A stretch of 64,000 bases of DNA, taken from positions 1 to 64,000 of the forward strand of contig NIVC01002849.1 of NCBI GenBank assembly GCA_002269645.1, read 5' to 3'. Below are positions 22,893 through 33,750 of the stretch, in pieces. Positions within the stretch are counted from its first letter, which is position 1; each line of letters opens with the position of its first letter. Made by a program: the position numbers and the translations under genes. This DNA is from Macrostomum lignano. Its lineage: Eukaryota. The notes beneath the pieces were generated by a model. That model worked only from the letters and a program-made list of their open reading frames with translations, had not been told where the DNA came from and did not search any database.

Positions 22893-25800
22893 TCAGGGGG
22901 ACCCGTCGGTCTCGCCTGCAGCGCGGTCCTCCTCACCGACGGTGGGGAAGAAATCAGCTCGTCCGGTGTCCCTGAGGTACCGGGCGAGCAGCGGGATGCT
23001 CTCGGGCCTGCAAACATCGGAGAGAACCGGGTTTGGCCCGAGGTGAGTAAGCCTGGCCCTGGTGAAAACCGGGCAGTGGCAGATAAAATGCTCGGCGTTT
23101 TCACTGCCTGAGCGGCAGAAGGGGCACCGCTCCTCGGGTACTTGGCCCTGAAGGAAGCGGTGGCGAGAGAAGCAGCCATGCCCGGAGAGGGCCATGCTAA
23201 CTGCTCTGAGGTCTCTGCGGTTGAGCCTGAGGAGGGCTCTACGCAGGAGAGGAGAGGGACAGGGGACGGCAGCACGGGATTGCCTACAATTCCGGGTGTC
23301 GTGCCACCTGCGGAGATGCTCGGAGTCAGCCCAGCGCTTAACGCGGGAATTGATCACCGAGGCGGGGATGGGGGCACCCGGGCCCGGCCCCAATAGCGCG
23401 CCGGCGGAGCCAGCCTTGGCCAGCAGGTCAGCGCGCTCGTTGCCGAGGAAGCCGGCGTGGCCCGGGATCCATCTGAGCTCCACCTGGTTGCCTAGCGCAA
23501 GCCCGTTGAGCTGGGTGTTGCAGTCCAGGACGGACCTGGAGCTGGCGGTGCTGCGGCAGAGGGCCCGAAGGGCTGCTTGGCTGTCAGAGTGAAAAATAAA
23601 TTTCCGGCCGCTAAGCTGCCTTCGGCGCAGCTCTGCCGCGCAGGAGCTGATGGCAAGCACCTCGCTCTGAAAAACACTGGAGTTGAGCCCAGTGTGCTGG
23701 GAGTAGCTCCACACCACTTCTCCCTTGAAGAAGACGCAAGCTCCGAAGCCTGAAAGACCATGCCTCATAGAGCCGTCAGTGTAACAGTGGACTTCAGAGT
23801 CGCTCCAGCTGTCACTCGCCTCGTGTCGAGGCTGAATGGTGACCTTATACCTTTGGCTCAGGAGAAGGGTGGCTGGGATCGAGTCCGTGAGGATGTTGAG
23901 CCCGCCACACTCCTCGAGAGCCTTGAGGCAGAGGTCAGAGTGCGGGATAAGCGACCGCTTCTTAAAGGCCCGCACTTTCTTGAAGGCCACCCCAGCATCC
24001 AGAAGACGCCGGGTGCTCTTTGCCGCCTCTCCTTTGATATAAATATCCAAAGGAGGGGCACAGAGGAAGGCATTCATGCCTTCAAAAGGAGTAGAGGGTG
24101 GAGCGCCCATAGTCATGCGGCAGGCTCTGCCCTGGATTTTGTAGAGAGCGTCGAGGTTGCTCTTGACGCTCAGGCCGCTAGCCCACACGAGGCTGGCGTA
24201 ACTGATCGAGGGGCGGATGATGGCAGTGTAAATCCACCACAGCTTCCTGGGGGTGAGCCCCCAGGTGGTGCCCACGGCGCGCCTGATCTGAGCCAGTACA
24301 GCCAGGGCTTTTTTGGCTTTAGTTTGAATGTGCGGAGTCCAGTTAAGCCTGTGGTCCAGAGTGAGGCCCAGGCAGCGGACCTGCTTCTCCATGGAAATAT
24401 TCTTTCCATAGAGGGTGAGGGGCTTAATGGTCCAGAGCAGTTTGTCGGTAAACATGACCGCTGTGGTTTTCGACTCTGAGAGTCTAAGGCCACATTGGTC
24501 TGCCCAACGCTCCGCTCGTCCCAGAAAGCCCTGCAGAAGGTCTCTGATGGTATCAACCGAGGGGCCCGCGCATATCGCGGTCACATCATCGGCATAGCCC
24601 ACCTTGAGAATGGGGTCGTGGAGATCACTGCAAAGCAACTCATCCATGACCATGTTCCAGAGAACGGGGGTGAGAACGCCGCCCTGGGGGCCCCCTTTCA
24701 GGACAGGCACCGAAAGAGAGCTGCCGCTCAGGTGGGCCACAACAGTGCGGTTTCGGATCATGAACATGATCCACCGGACAAGGTGAGGGTGCGTGGCCCT
24801 GGATTCCAGGGCTCTGCAAAAGGCCTCGAAGATGACGTTGTCGAAGGCCCCCTCAATGTCCAGGAAAAGCGAGAGGGCAAAGCCGCTGCCAAGAACGGCC
24901 CTCTCCAGGAAGTCAACAATGACATGGAGAGCACTCTCGGTTGACCTGCCCGCGCGGAAGGCGTGCTGGTTCTGCGAGAGTGGGAAGCGCTTCAGCTCGA
25001 CCGAAAGTAGGCGCCAAAGCACCAGTCTCTCGAGGAGCTTGAGGCAGAAAGAAGTGAGGCTGATAGGCCTGAAGGCCTTCACCGATTGGTAGTCGCTCTT
25101 TCCAGGCTTGGGGATAAAGACCACCCGGGCCTCTCTCCATGCAACTGGTACATAGCCCAGCTCCATACAAGCTCGAAGGAGACGACAGAGCAGGTCCAGG
25201 AAGCGGTGGTTTTTCACCGCCTCGTGCAAGAACGCTGGGTAGATGCCGTCGGGCCCAGGCGCCTTGAACGGGTTAAAGGACCTTGCCGCTCTAATAATGC
25301 GGTCTTTGGTGATCATAGACTTTGCTAGGCCTTGCCCTCCCACTGTGTGGTCGGGCGGGCCCTGCTGAGTCGGAGATTTAGGGAAAAAACTGTTGAGCAT
25401 GAGCTCTAGAGTCTCTTCCGAACTCTCTGTGACCGAGCCGTCAGGTCTCTTCACAACAGAGAGTTTAGAAAAACGGTCATTAGTGAGTGCCTTAACCACG
25501 CGGGCTACGGGGCGAGAGCCCTCAAGCCCTTCGCAATATTGGCGCCACTTGGCCGTCTTGGCCCTTCTGACTTGGCCCTTAAACTCGTGGATCGCACGGG
25601 TATAGGCCTCTCTGTCAGATGGGTCTTTGGTTTTGAGCGCTCGCCTTTGGAGGGTCCTGGCTCGGCGCCGAAGGGCCCCGAGCTCTGGGTTCCACCAGGG
25701 AGCAGATTTCTTGCCTTTATAGGCCTTTAGGGGGCAGGCTGCTTCAAAGGCAGTGGTGATCGCCCCGCCCAGGGAGGAGGCGAGATCGTCCACCACCTGG

Positions 25801-26597
25801 CAGTCAGAGAGGTCACTGGGGGGGTCAAGATCCCGAAGGCCGCGGCTCAGCTTCGAGCCAAAGGCGGCCCAATCGGTGTTCCTGACGTTCCGACTCCAAG
25901 TGACCTTAGGCTTTTGCTTGGTCGGCCCAATGCAAAAGCGGATAAAGCGGTGGTCCGAGAGCGAGTCCTCATCCCACACTCGCCAGCCCGTAACTGCGGA
26001 AAGCAGTCCGGGTGAGGCGATGGTGGTGTCGATGACTTCGGCCCACCGCCCATTATTGAACGTTGGTGCATTGCCCACGTTACAGAAGTTGAGGTTAGTG
26101 CTGCTGACATAGGCCAGCAGCTCCTCGCCTCTGCTATTGATGTTCTTGCTGCCCCAATGCAGGTGGTGTGCGTTCACATCCCCTGCAATGAGCAGCTCGA
26201 ACCGATGGGACGCAGCATAGTCAGTAAGGTTGACTAACGCGTCGCAGACAACTGGGGCATCGCCCGGGAAATAGGCAGAAGCTACCAGCACAGGTTTATT
26301 GGGAATGAGGTTATTGATTTGAACAACACAGATGTCCCCAGTCGAGAGATCAGGTCTCATCCATGCCTCAAAAGCTTTTGCAGCAAAGACCAGAGATCTT
26401 GGGCGAGGCTGAGAGCCCGCCATGCAAAAACAGTGGTAGCCAGATGGCACATTATTTGGCTTACCTTTAGTCATCCAGGGCTCCTGTACGAAGACCAGGC
26501 CCGGAAGCTGTTGCTCTGCCGTGCGCATCAGGTTGACCGACGCCGCCACGCAGTGCTGAGTGTTGATCTGCAGACACCAGGTAGTCGCTGGCATCAT
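22893..26597 (-). CDS. LINE ORF2: AP endonuclease - reverse transcriptase - RNase H - CCHC, 1234 aa, intact
   Basis: APE motifs LQIN, VQEPW, GDVNAHH, SDH. RT motifs KAPGPDGI, FRPISL, FLDIEGAFDNV, PQGGVLTP, YADD. RNase H motifs YTDGS, FQSEVLAI, SDSQAAL, WIPGHAG..GNERADLLAK. C-terminal CPFC...EHFICHC. Confidence 0.97.
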   Translation of the reverse strand: MMPATTWCLQINTQHCVAASVNLMRTAEQQLPGLVFVQEPWMTKGKPNNVPSGYHCFCMAGSQPRPRSLVFAAKAFEAWMRPDLSTGDICVVQINNLIPNKPVLVASAYFPGDAPVVCDALVNLTDYAASHRFELLIAGDVNAHHLHWGSKNINSRGEELLAYVSSTNLNFCNVGNAPTFNNGRWAEVIDTTIASPGLLSAVTGWRVWDEDSLSDHRFIRFCIGPTKQKPKVTWSRNVRNTDWAAFGSKLSRGLRDLDPPSDLSDCQVVDDLASSLGGAITTAFEAACPLKAYKGKKSAPWWNPELGALRRRARTLQRRALKTKDPSDREAYTRAIHEFKGQVRRAKTAKWRQYCEGLEGSRPVARVVKALTNDRFSKLSVVKRPDGSVTESSEETLELMLNSFFPKSPTQQGPPDHTVGGQGLAKSMITKDRIIRAARSFNPFKAPGPDGIYPAFLHEAVKNHRFLDLLCRLLRACMELGYVPVAWREARVVFIPKPGKSDYQSVKAFRPISLTSFCLKLLERLVLWRLLSVELKRFPLSQNQHAFRAGRSTESALHVIVDFLERAVLGSGFALSLFLDIEGAFDNVIFEAFCRALESRATHPHLVRWIMFMIRNRTVVAHLSGSSLSVPVLKGGPQGGVLTPVLWNMVMDELLCSDLHDPILKVGYADDVTAICAGPSVDTIRDLLQGFLGRAERWADQCGLRLSESKTTAVMFTDKLLWTIKPLTLYGKNISMEKQVRCLGLTLDHRLNWTPHIQTKAKKALAVLAQIRRAVGTTWGLTPRKLWWIYTAIIRPSISYASLVWASGLSVKSNLDALYKIQGRACRMTMGAPPSTPFEGMNAFLCAPPLDIYIKGEAAKSTRRLLDAGVAFKKVRAFKKRSLIPHSDLCLKALEECGGLNILTDSIPATLLLSQRYKVTIQPRHEASDSWSDSEVHCYTDGSMRHGLSGFGACVFFKGEVVWSYSQHTGLNSSVFQSEVLAISSCAAELRRRQLSGRKFIFHSDSQAALRALCRSTASSRSVLDCNTQLNGLALGNQVELRWIPGHAGFLGNERADLLAKAGSAGALLGPGPGAPIPASVINSRVKRWADSEHLRRWHDTRNCRQSRAAVPCPSPLLRRALLRLNRRDLRAVSMALSGHGCFSRHRFLQGQVPEERCPFCRSGSENAEHFICHCPVFTRARLTHLGPNPVLSDVCRPESIPLLARYLRDTGRADFFPTVGEEDRAAGETDGSP

Positions 26598-28113
26598 TGC
26601 AGATCGGATATTGCAGCCGCCAGGAGTTCCTCCTCCTCCTCGGCGCTCACCGGCTTCGGGTCGGGATCGCCGGTGTCCATGGGCTCTTCTTCAGCAAAAG
26701 GCCCCCGATTGGCCGGAAGGCAGTAGGCAGCGTTCGCCGCCCTTTGCCCACCATCCATGGGGTCCTCCGCCTCAGATTGGCCCAATGCCCTGGAGCAGCC
26801 AGCCGCCTGGGCAGGCGGGTCCGTCTCCAGTCGGCCCTGCCCCGAGGGGTTGGGCCCAGCTGGGACGTCCCCACCCTCCCTGGACGAACTGGTGCGCCTA
26901 GGCGACCCGGCGACCTCTCGCCTCAGCTGGGTGATTTTGGCGGTACGGACTGCCTCAGCTGCACGCTGGTACAGGCCGCGCCGCTTGGTGCTGCGCGCCG
27001 GGCGTCGGTCGCCTCCGCCCTCAGCAGCGCGCTCAGCTTTGCCCGCGCGGCCGTGCTGCCGGGCAGGGCGGTTTGCTTTGGCAGTCTGAGCAGAGGCTTG
27101 CGCCTCGGCCCCGGCCGCCTCCGCATCCCGCCCGCCCTGCTCACTGCCACGGGGAGGGTCGGCCTCGTAGGAGCGGATGCGCAGCTTCCAAAGGCCGACG
27201 TTGATGAAGCTGCCGTGTGGATAACGCCTCATCCAGGCGTCCGACAGCCCCAGGATGGCTGTGAAGCCAGTGCCGTCGGTGCGCTTAAGGGTGTCATGCA
27301 CCACTAGGCCCGCGGCGGGAAGCTCCCGGTTGACTGCTAGCAGTCCTTTCCGGAGCTCGTCAGCAGAGGTAACAACGCTCCTGGCCGGGACCCAGATTCG
27401 ATGCCTCTTGGTCCGGGGGCGCTCGTCCTCTCTGCAGAAGGCTAGGTTGAGGTCCCAGCTCTGCTCGGGCAGCAGCTCAAGGAGCCGCCGACCCGAGTCA
27501 GCATCACTGGGCCAAATGAGAAGGCACGAGTCCCTCGTCGCATTCGAATGAATGTTCAAGGCGTGCCCTTCAGAGTTTGCTTCCACAGGAGGCCATCAAC
27601 GGCACTTCTCACCTGCTTCAGCTGATCGGGAGACAGGCGCGCGTCCTTTCCCAGGATGACAACCGCCGGTTGCCTCTTTGCCGCATCAGCGTAGGAGGCC
27701 CGGGGGTCAGTGGAGCTTTCTTCAGGTGGGCTGTCCACCCTCCCGGCTGCATCGGCCTCCCTATCCTGGGCAGGGGCTTCCGTGGGCTCGAGGCCCTCTT
27801 CCGCCACCGCCCCAGACTGGGAAGCTTCCGCTGCCGCGGGCCGTTGGCCCCTGGCACCGGTTTGGCTTCCGCCCTCCTTGGCCCGCCTCGCCTTGTTAAG
27901 TCGACGGCGGGCAGCTCCAGAGGTGGTGCTGCGTTTCTTAGCAGCTGGAGTAGCAGGTGTCTTCTCGGAGGCACCGCTCAGAGTTGGCTCCACGGGTCTC
28001 GCCGAGGCGTCCCCGATGGTAGCAGGTGGTATGGCCGAGGAGTCCACGGCCCCAGCCGAGGCCGGAGGCACTGTGTCATCCACAGCCGGTTTGTTACTTC
28101 GGTTAGAAGCCAT
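26594..28113 (-). CDS. LINE ORF1 (DUF4780-like), about 506 aa, interrupted by a single -1 frameshift near 27587
   Basis: ATG at 28113 (MASNRSNK...) and frame A up to AVDGLL; frame B continues VEANSEG...LLAVNRELPAAGLVVH...GFTAILGLSD...INVGLWKLRI. One extra G (CTG GTG) would fuse them. The domain call comes from a by-eye resemblance to LOA ORF1. Confidence 0.75.
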
Positions 28114-31100
28114 TGGCTGGAAGTAAAAAGGTGGGACTTCCTGCAGAACACAGGCAAAGAGCCGCAAGGCCGCAACCCCAAACCAAGCGGCAGGCCCCCA
28201 AAAAGCAAAATACCACCCTGCGGGGGGACCCAAAAGCGCAAGGGGAACCGTTAGCGACCAGACTACTCCCTGGCCAAGCGTCCATCAGCACGGAGTTACA
28301 CTGGGACATTAGAGGGTGCGTTTATGGTCACACCAGGACCCGGCGCCAACGAATCAGCTCGGCAGGGCCCAAGGGGGCCTGCCTTAACACCCACGGGACG
28401 AGTACCCTTCGAAGTGCGCCTTGCAAGGTGAAAATCAGGAGACAGAGTCTCTTGAGCTATCAGCCCGCCAGGGGAGGCTGGTGTGAGCATCGCTGGCTGG
28501 GATAAAGGCCATACCAGTCTCATACTGCACAGATAGTTCACCACGCCATTACGTGCAGGACCCGGGGTCCTGGGGGCAACAGCCCCGGCGGCGACTTCGT
28601 TAATTACGTACTGCTGCTACTCATCAAGTGCGGTCCTGCTCAAAATCACAGCACTCCGAAACGGGATAGCGATGGTTAGACTGTAGTAGCCTGCTGTTGC
28701 GGCGGCTTCTGCAGTAGGTGCGGCTTGCATGATTAATGGCTGGGGGCTGCCCCCATATCCCCTTGCTCATGAGTTGCTGACTGACTGACACTGACACTGG
28801 ACGGATCTGATAGACGCTAGCAATTGAATTTTCTGCCCCGTTGACTCTGGCAAACATTTGCGGCCGGCCTGGCTGTGTGTGTGAGGGAACAAGGGGAGAT
28901 CATTCGTACCGCTGTCGAGGAGAGATATGTAAAAATAAGCCTCAAGCTGGGCGCGCATTTAACAATAGCCCCACAATAGGGGAAGCAGCGCCCAGCGGCA
29001 GGCAAAGCAAACTGTCTCAGAGCTACGGCTGCATTGGGTGGAGGTGGGGTTGGAGTTTAGTGGCGACTGGATTTGGGGCTGTCGGCTTGGGCTTGAAGGG
29101 CCGGCCATAAATCATTCAAACAGCCAGCAGCGATGCGTCAGTGCCCTGCCACAGACAGCCCGGGCCGGCCGCCTCCTGCCCGCCAAACCAAAGCTGGACG
29201 GGCCGCTGCTTCACTTACCAAAGCGCAGTGTGTGAGAGCCGGTCCGGGCAGCTGCGGCAAGCTGTATAGATTCTCTGTGCCGTGGCCCGGCCATCCACAC
29301 AATGGTCTGACGAAAACTTCCGGGCGCTTCAAATTGGGCCGAGTCAATCGTTCGGAATCTCAATTTCCTATTACTGTGGTGGGACATTGGGCTCGAGAAA
29401 CTGTAATCGCCAGAGTTTAAAGTGGGTATAAGTGTTGCTGGGAAAAGAGTGGAGCTGGGAAGCTGGTCAGTAAGTTTTCTGAATTATTTGTCTTTCTCAG
29501 TGACCCCCCCCCCCCGGAGTCCCTCAGCCCGTATGGATGCAGTTCATGTCTCGCAATGGTCATGCAGGGGTCCATTCGATGTCTGGGCCGTCTGTATCAG
29601 TTTGATTCAACATAGCTATGCTAATACCGCTCAGTCAGCATCTTTGACACGAGGACCTCCTGGCTACTTGTTTACTTTTGTTCCAAGTCTAGGGACAGAC
29701 GGAACGGACTGACTGAACATCTGGACTCGCAATGCTCCCAGACGGCAGGCAGTTCTGCATCTCCCCGAGAGGGGCGCAGAATGACAAGTGGGCTTGACGA
29801 AGGGCCGGCCTGGCGCGCTTTGTCTATGACGAGGCTTCTCTCCAAAGTTCTTGCGCTAGGATGAGGGGGAAGGGGCTTGCACCCGATCTCCGGGGATAAG
29901 AAAGGCTGGTGGGGAAGTAGGCTGTAGCTGTCAAACTGTCACACAAAATTTGAAGCGAATCCCCTTCAAACCTGGTGGGGGAGAGAGGGGGGAGACAGAC
30001 TGATAGGGAAAGAAACGCAGGGAAGCCTGATTTGTCGGTCTTATAAACTTTAGTTAGAAATTGGGAGAATGTCTGGTAAATGCCCCCCCCAACTCCCCAA
30101 TGCGTTGCAGCGCGCTTTAGGAGCAAAACGAAATGGAGATTATTTTGAATTTTCCTAAAACCGAAGCGCGCACTGAGGATAAATGAGGATCAAAGCGGGA
30201 TAAATCTCGTATGGGATAGTGCTCAGCAGCTCAGTTCTAATAGCTTGGCCCTGCAGTTCTCAACAGTACCGCCAACAGCGCCCCGCCGGCTAAAGCAATT
30301 AATCAAAAGCAGAAAAACACAAAAAAGTTGTTGTGCGACCGAGGCAGAGCAGCATGCCATGCAAGGCTGCAGTGAGGACCAGAGCAGCGTGAGTCCGGTC
30401 TAGAACCAGAGAGAGAGACAGAGCCTTATGCAATGAACGCAAATAGGTGCTGCTGACTCACTGTGACGAAGCGATTGCGCCTGTCCTCCAATCCAGTGAC
30501 AGCTGCGCGCATTTGTCACCTCAAGGACTGCCACTCTGGCCGCCTCTGTTTGTAGCATATCCCAATTTCCTCAGCTTGCCAAGTTGCCACGATAGCCATA
30601 AACAACGCCTACCTACAGAAGGGACGAAGGGTGTTGCACAATCAAACGTAGAAATCAAGCATTTTATAATACCCCTTTTTTGTCTAGCCAGCCAGGCAGG
30701 CAGGCGGGCGGCTGTTCCGGTAATTGTAAATCAATTCAATTCATATTTTTACACGGTGAGAGTAGGACTTGTGAGCCGCGACACGGGTGGTGACCCGTGA
30801 AACCTTCCGGATTGGAACCGTCCTGTGGTCAAGCTTGATGCATTTCAGCTTATTTGAGGAAGTGAGCTCAGTTGGTTTCCGAGAAGCGGCTTGTCAAGAT
30901 AGGCTGAGAGAGCTGCTTACTGTCTGTCATAAAAATCGGCCTTCAAAAGTTGCAGTGCTGGGAATTCAGAGATTTGACATACTATTTTGTTAAAACGTAA
31001 AATTAAAAAGAATTAAAAATCAAAACTTTGACAGACTGTAAAATCAGTAAATTCTTGTCAACTATTAAAAGAATTTAAGCAAATTTTTACGTACTTTTAA

Positions 31101-31674
31101 GGTTACTTTCACAGTCTCTTCTCTCAGCTCTCTTCTCTCCTCTATCCCCTCTCCCTCATCTCATCTTAAATATTCTCTCATCTCATCTTTTTTCTTCTTC
31201 CCTCTCCTCTATTCCTTCTCCTCTATTGGACAGAGGTCCTTGTCACTCCCCAAGCGTCAAAATAGAGGGTGTGTCTATTCTAGCCTCCAGTCCACTGGCG
31301 CTTATATCTAGTAGTCCCTGGCTGGGCCGGTCAGCCAATGAGCGGCCCTGTCTGTTCGCTTTTTAGACAGGCAGAGTAAAATATGGCCCCCACCCAGACA
31401 GGCGATCGCACCCAGACTGACAGCAGGGGGGCTCGGAGGGCAAACAGACAGCCGATTGGTTCCTGGGAAACCACAGTTGACAAGGGGGGCCCAAGTGCAC
31501 ACACAGTAGGCAGCCCAACTGTGCTTCCGCCTCTTCGTTTTAAATAAGGCCCCCTTCAGCCCCTCCCCAAGAAAAGGAGACAGACAGACCAGTTCCGTTC
31601 TGTCGCGGATTTGCTTGCTTATCTAGGCACGTCCAGAGTTCGACAAGCAAAGAGAAGCAGGCAAAGGGAGCAAG

Positions 31675-33750
31675 ATGAGACTGCAAATCCTCCTGGCTCT
31701 GCTGCTGCCAAGCCAGCTCGTCTGTGCGACCGCCGGACTGCACAAATGCGAGCCCATCAGGGTGGACCTCTGCAAGGGCATAGGGTACAACTTGACCACC
31801 AAGGCCATGAACCTGGCCGGCCACGCAGACCAGCGCGATGCGGAGGTGATGCTCACAACCTTCTCGCCGCTAATCCAGTACCAGTGCTCGCGCAGTCTCC
31901 GCTTCTTCCTGTGCTCGGTGCTCACCCCGATGTGCGACCCGAAATGGCCGAAGCCGATCGGTCCCTGCCGGCCACTGTGCGAGCGGGTGCGGACCAGCTG
32001 CTACCCGGTGCTCAGCGAGTTCGGCTTCGATTGGCCGGCTTTTCTCAACTGCTCCAACTTTCCGGAGAGCAACGACCGCGGCGACCACATGTGCATGGAG
32101 GGCAGTCCCGGTGGCGACAGCGTTGGTGAGGCCGCTCCACCGCAGCAGCCTCAGGCGCCTCGGAAAACTCCAGAAAACTTCTGGGCCGCGCTGGACGAGT
32201 GGCGCCGCACCGTTGCTAGCAGGGCCTTCCGGCCGGGCTGCGAGCACATGCGCAACAGCGGCCAGTACCTCTTCCTCAATCACACGGGCGAGTGCGCCCT
32301 GCTCTGCCACGGCCAAGACCTGTTCACTCTGGAGGACAGGCGCCTCGCCGAGCTCTGGTCGGGAATCCTGGCCGGAATCTGCGCCCTCAGCTCGCTGGTC
32401 ACTGTACTGACTTTTCTCATCGACAGGCGCAGATTCCGCTACCCGGTGCGGCCCGTGCTGTTCATGTCGGCCTGCTACCTATGCTACAGCGCCGCCTTCT
32501 TCATCCGCCTCCTGGCTGGTCGGGAGGCCGCCGCCTGCGACCGCGACCCGGCCACTGGCCGCCTGGTGCTAATCCGGCACGGCCTGGACAACACCAACTG
32601 CGCCGTGGTCTTCCTGCTGCAGTACTTCTTCAGTACGGCGGCCAACGCCTGGTACGTGATCCTCGTGTTCACCTGGCTGCTGCAGGCCGGCTGGAAGTGG
32701 AGCCCGGAGGCCGTGGCCAGGCGCTCCTGCTATTTCCACCTGCCTGCCTGGCTGCTGCCGGTGGCCCTGACCGTCTGCATCCTCATCGTGCGCCGGGTTG
32801 AGGCCGATGAACTTCTCGGCATGTGCGGCGTCGGCGGCCAGACGTCCGGCGACACTTTGCTGCTCTTTGTGGCCCTGCCGCAGGTGGCCTTCCTGGCTCT
32901 GGCTGTCGTCTGCCTGGCTGCCGGCTTCGTCGCAATGTCCCGCGTGCGACGACAGGCCCGCTCGGATGGCCGCAAGACCGGCCGGTTCGACGTCCTGATG
33001 GGCAAAATCGGCCTGTTCTCGGCTCTGTACGTGGCTCCGACCGCCTGCCTGGCCGGCCTCAACCTGTACGAGCTGTCCCAGCGAGACCTGTGGCACGTGC
33101 CCGGGAGTCCCTACAGGTAAATTGACCGAGGTCATTTTCACCTATGAAGTTAGCAAATTGACATTAATTTCTTGTTATTTATCAATCAGAAACAGTAAAA
33201 ACTGTTAGCGGCAGGACGGGATCCCGATGTGATCAAATCAAAAAAATTCTAGAAAACAGCGCGTTTTAACAAAATCTTTAAACACACCGGAAACTGCAGG
33301 CCAAGCGCGGCCGTCTTCCTCATCCGCGTGTTCGCCAGCCTGGCCATCGGCCTCACCACCGTCCTGTGGATCGTCGGCGGCAAGACGCTCCGCTCCTGGC
33401 GCCGCTTCTTCACGCCGGGCGGCAGCCGCGGCCGCGGTCGCCGACACGACGACGATGAGGACGAGGACGACGAGCGAAGCACGCCGAGCGGTGGCCGGCT
33501 GCACTGCAAGCAGCCAGCGGGGGGCCAGCTGCCGCTGCAGCACCACCTGCCTCATCATCACCAGCTGCTCCAGCAGCAGCAGCAGCAGCAGTTTTTGCTC
33601 ACCTCCTCGCCGCAGATTTCAAACAATGCTACCCTGAGTTGGTCGAAACAGCCGGTACCGGGCGGTAACGGCGGCACCGCTACGGTTTCCATGGCAACGC
33701 CAGCCACAGCTCGGTATGGCTACCGCGCACCTGACTCAGCCTGTCTCTAG
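31675..33750 (+). CDS. FZD4: Frizzled-4-like Wnt receptor; join(31675..33116,33300..33750), 630 aa
   Basis: Signal peptide; 10-Cys CRD with FZD4-type LTTFSPLIQY.C, PIGPC and HMCMEG; seven hydrophobic segments; KTxxxW motif (KTLRSW). A phase-2 GT-AG intron (33117-33299) restores ...SPYRPSAAVFLIRVF. Confidence 0.95.

Larger units (their letters stand above)
22783..28589 (-). mobile_element. Full-length non-LTR retrotransposon, LOA/R1-group with RNase H, 5.8 kb
   Basis: 11-bp direct repeat GGCGACTTCGT at 22772-22782 and 28590-28600 (TSD). 5' UTR of about 476 nt, ORF1, ORF2, 3' UTR of about 110 nt ending in a short AAGTC-repeat tail (CTAAGTCAAGTCA). Confidence 0.93.

Noticed and set aside
23142-28505. 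Many plus-strand and alternate-frame ORFs over the LINE, Frizzled and TRAPPC10 exons
   Set aside because: Shadow ORFs of GC-rich coding DNA.
28114-28589. Hammerhead ribozyme in the LINE 5' UTR
   Set aside because: No CUGANGA plus GAAA core; only CUGAUAG and CUGAUGG.
31110-31230. CT-rich stretch resembling the arms of the 20.5-22.2 kb element
   Set aside because: Similarity confined to low-complexity sequence.
31330-31550. CCAAT- and TATA-like motifs upstream of Frizzled
   Set aside because: Short motifs expected by chance; no TSS data.
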